From NCBI RefSeq assembly GCF_001194135.2, contig NC_068993.1, positions 9,654,787 through 9,718,786 on the forward strand: a stretch of DNA of 64,000 nucleotides, read 5' to 3'. Shown here one piece after another: positions 63,501-64,000 of this stretch; the first letter of the stretch is position 1, and each line of letters opens with the position of its first letter. Source of the DNA: Octopus bimaculoides (taxonomy: Eukaryota). Under the pieces are notes generated by a model. The model saw nothing but the letters and a program-made list of their open reading frames with translations. It was not told where the DNA came from and ran no database searches. Both the position numbers and the translations under genes were made by a program.

Positions 63501-64000
63501 TTTATTCGTTATTCTCTTATTCTTTATTCTCATTCTTTGATGTAATGATCTCCAGGCCAAGCTACATCAATCAACAAACAGCTCCTTATTGTACCTTTCC
63601 CCATCGAAGTTATGCCTGGCCTGGAATGTTCAAGAGCTTTCACTGTCTGGATTTTAAAGCCCTACAAAGGACGTTTTACAAATTCCAATTACAAAAAAAA
63701 AACAACAGCAACATCAATAAAACACAGTGTTTTCTCAGAATCGTTTCTTCTCGGTTTACTGATGCATGGTGACTGCGTGTCTACACTCGGGCCATACTCA
63801 CTCTGCATACTCACTTTTGAACAAATTTCCTATAGAGCAACGCCTAGCGCATTGGCCCCACATCCTGCTCCCTCTACCAAGGATTAAATGAAGAAGAAGA
63901 GGAGGAGGAGGAGGAGGAGGAGCAGGAGGAGAAGAAGAAGAAGAAGAAGGTGGTGGAAGTACCGTGTATATAGGGGAAAACCAGAAGCTACAAGCTCATG

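Overview
AT-rich, microsatellite-dense eukaryotic genomic DNA with many N gaps. The repeat landscape looks like an octopus genome (inference, no search run). Two spliced + strand genes were reconstructed by hand from GT-AG boundaries. The first is the 3' 19 exons of SCLT1 (191-15475), whose 5' end lies upstream of the window and which has one unresolved 1-nt phase conflict. The second is a complete 16-exon CCDC22 (20029-44934, 639 aa). The rest is introns and intergenic DNA holding at least four SINE-like families, RTE, CR1 and R4/Dong-type LINE remnants, hAT, Tc1/mariner and piggyBac MITEs with recognisable TIRs and TSDs, a degenerate hAT transposase and an Academ-like (XPG plus Cys-rich) transposase fossil. 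The most striking unannotated signal is about ten minimal type-I hammerhead-ribozyme-like motifs in several unrelated repeat contexts, probably Penelope-like element termini. They share non-canonical features: an extra base or U.U pair at the base of stem II, A6U, a U3-A8 covariant core and mostly palindromic stem III. Almost all supplied ORFs are microsatellite or gap artefacts.
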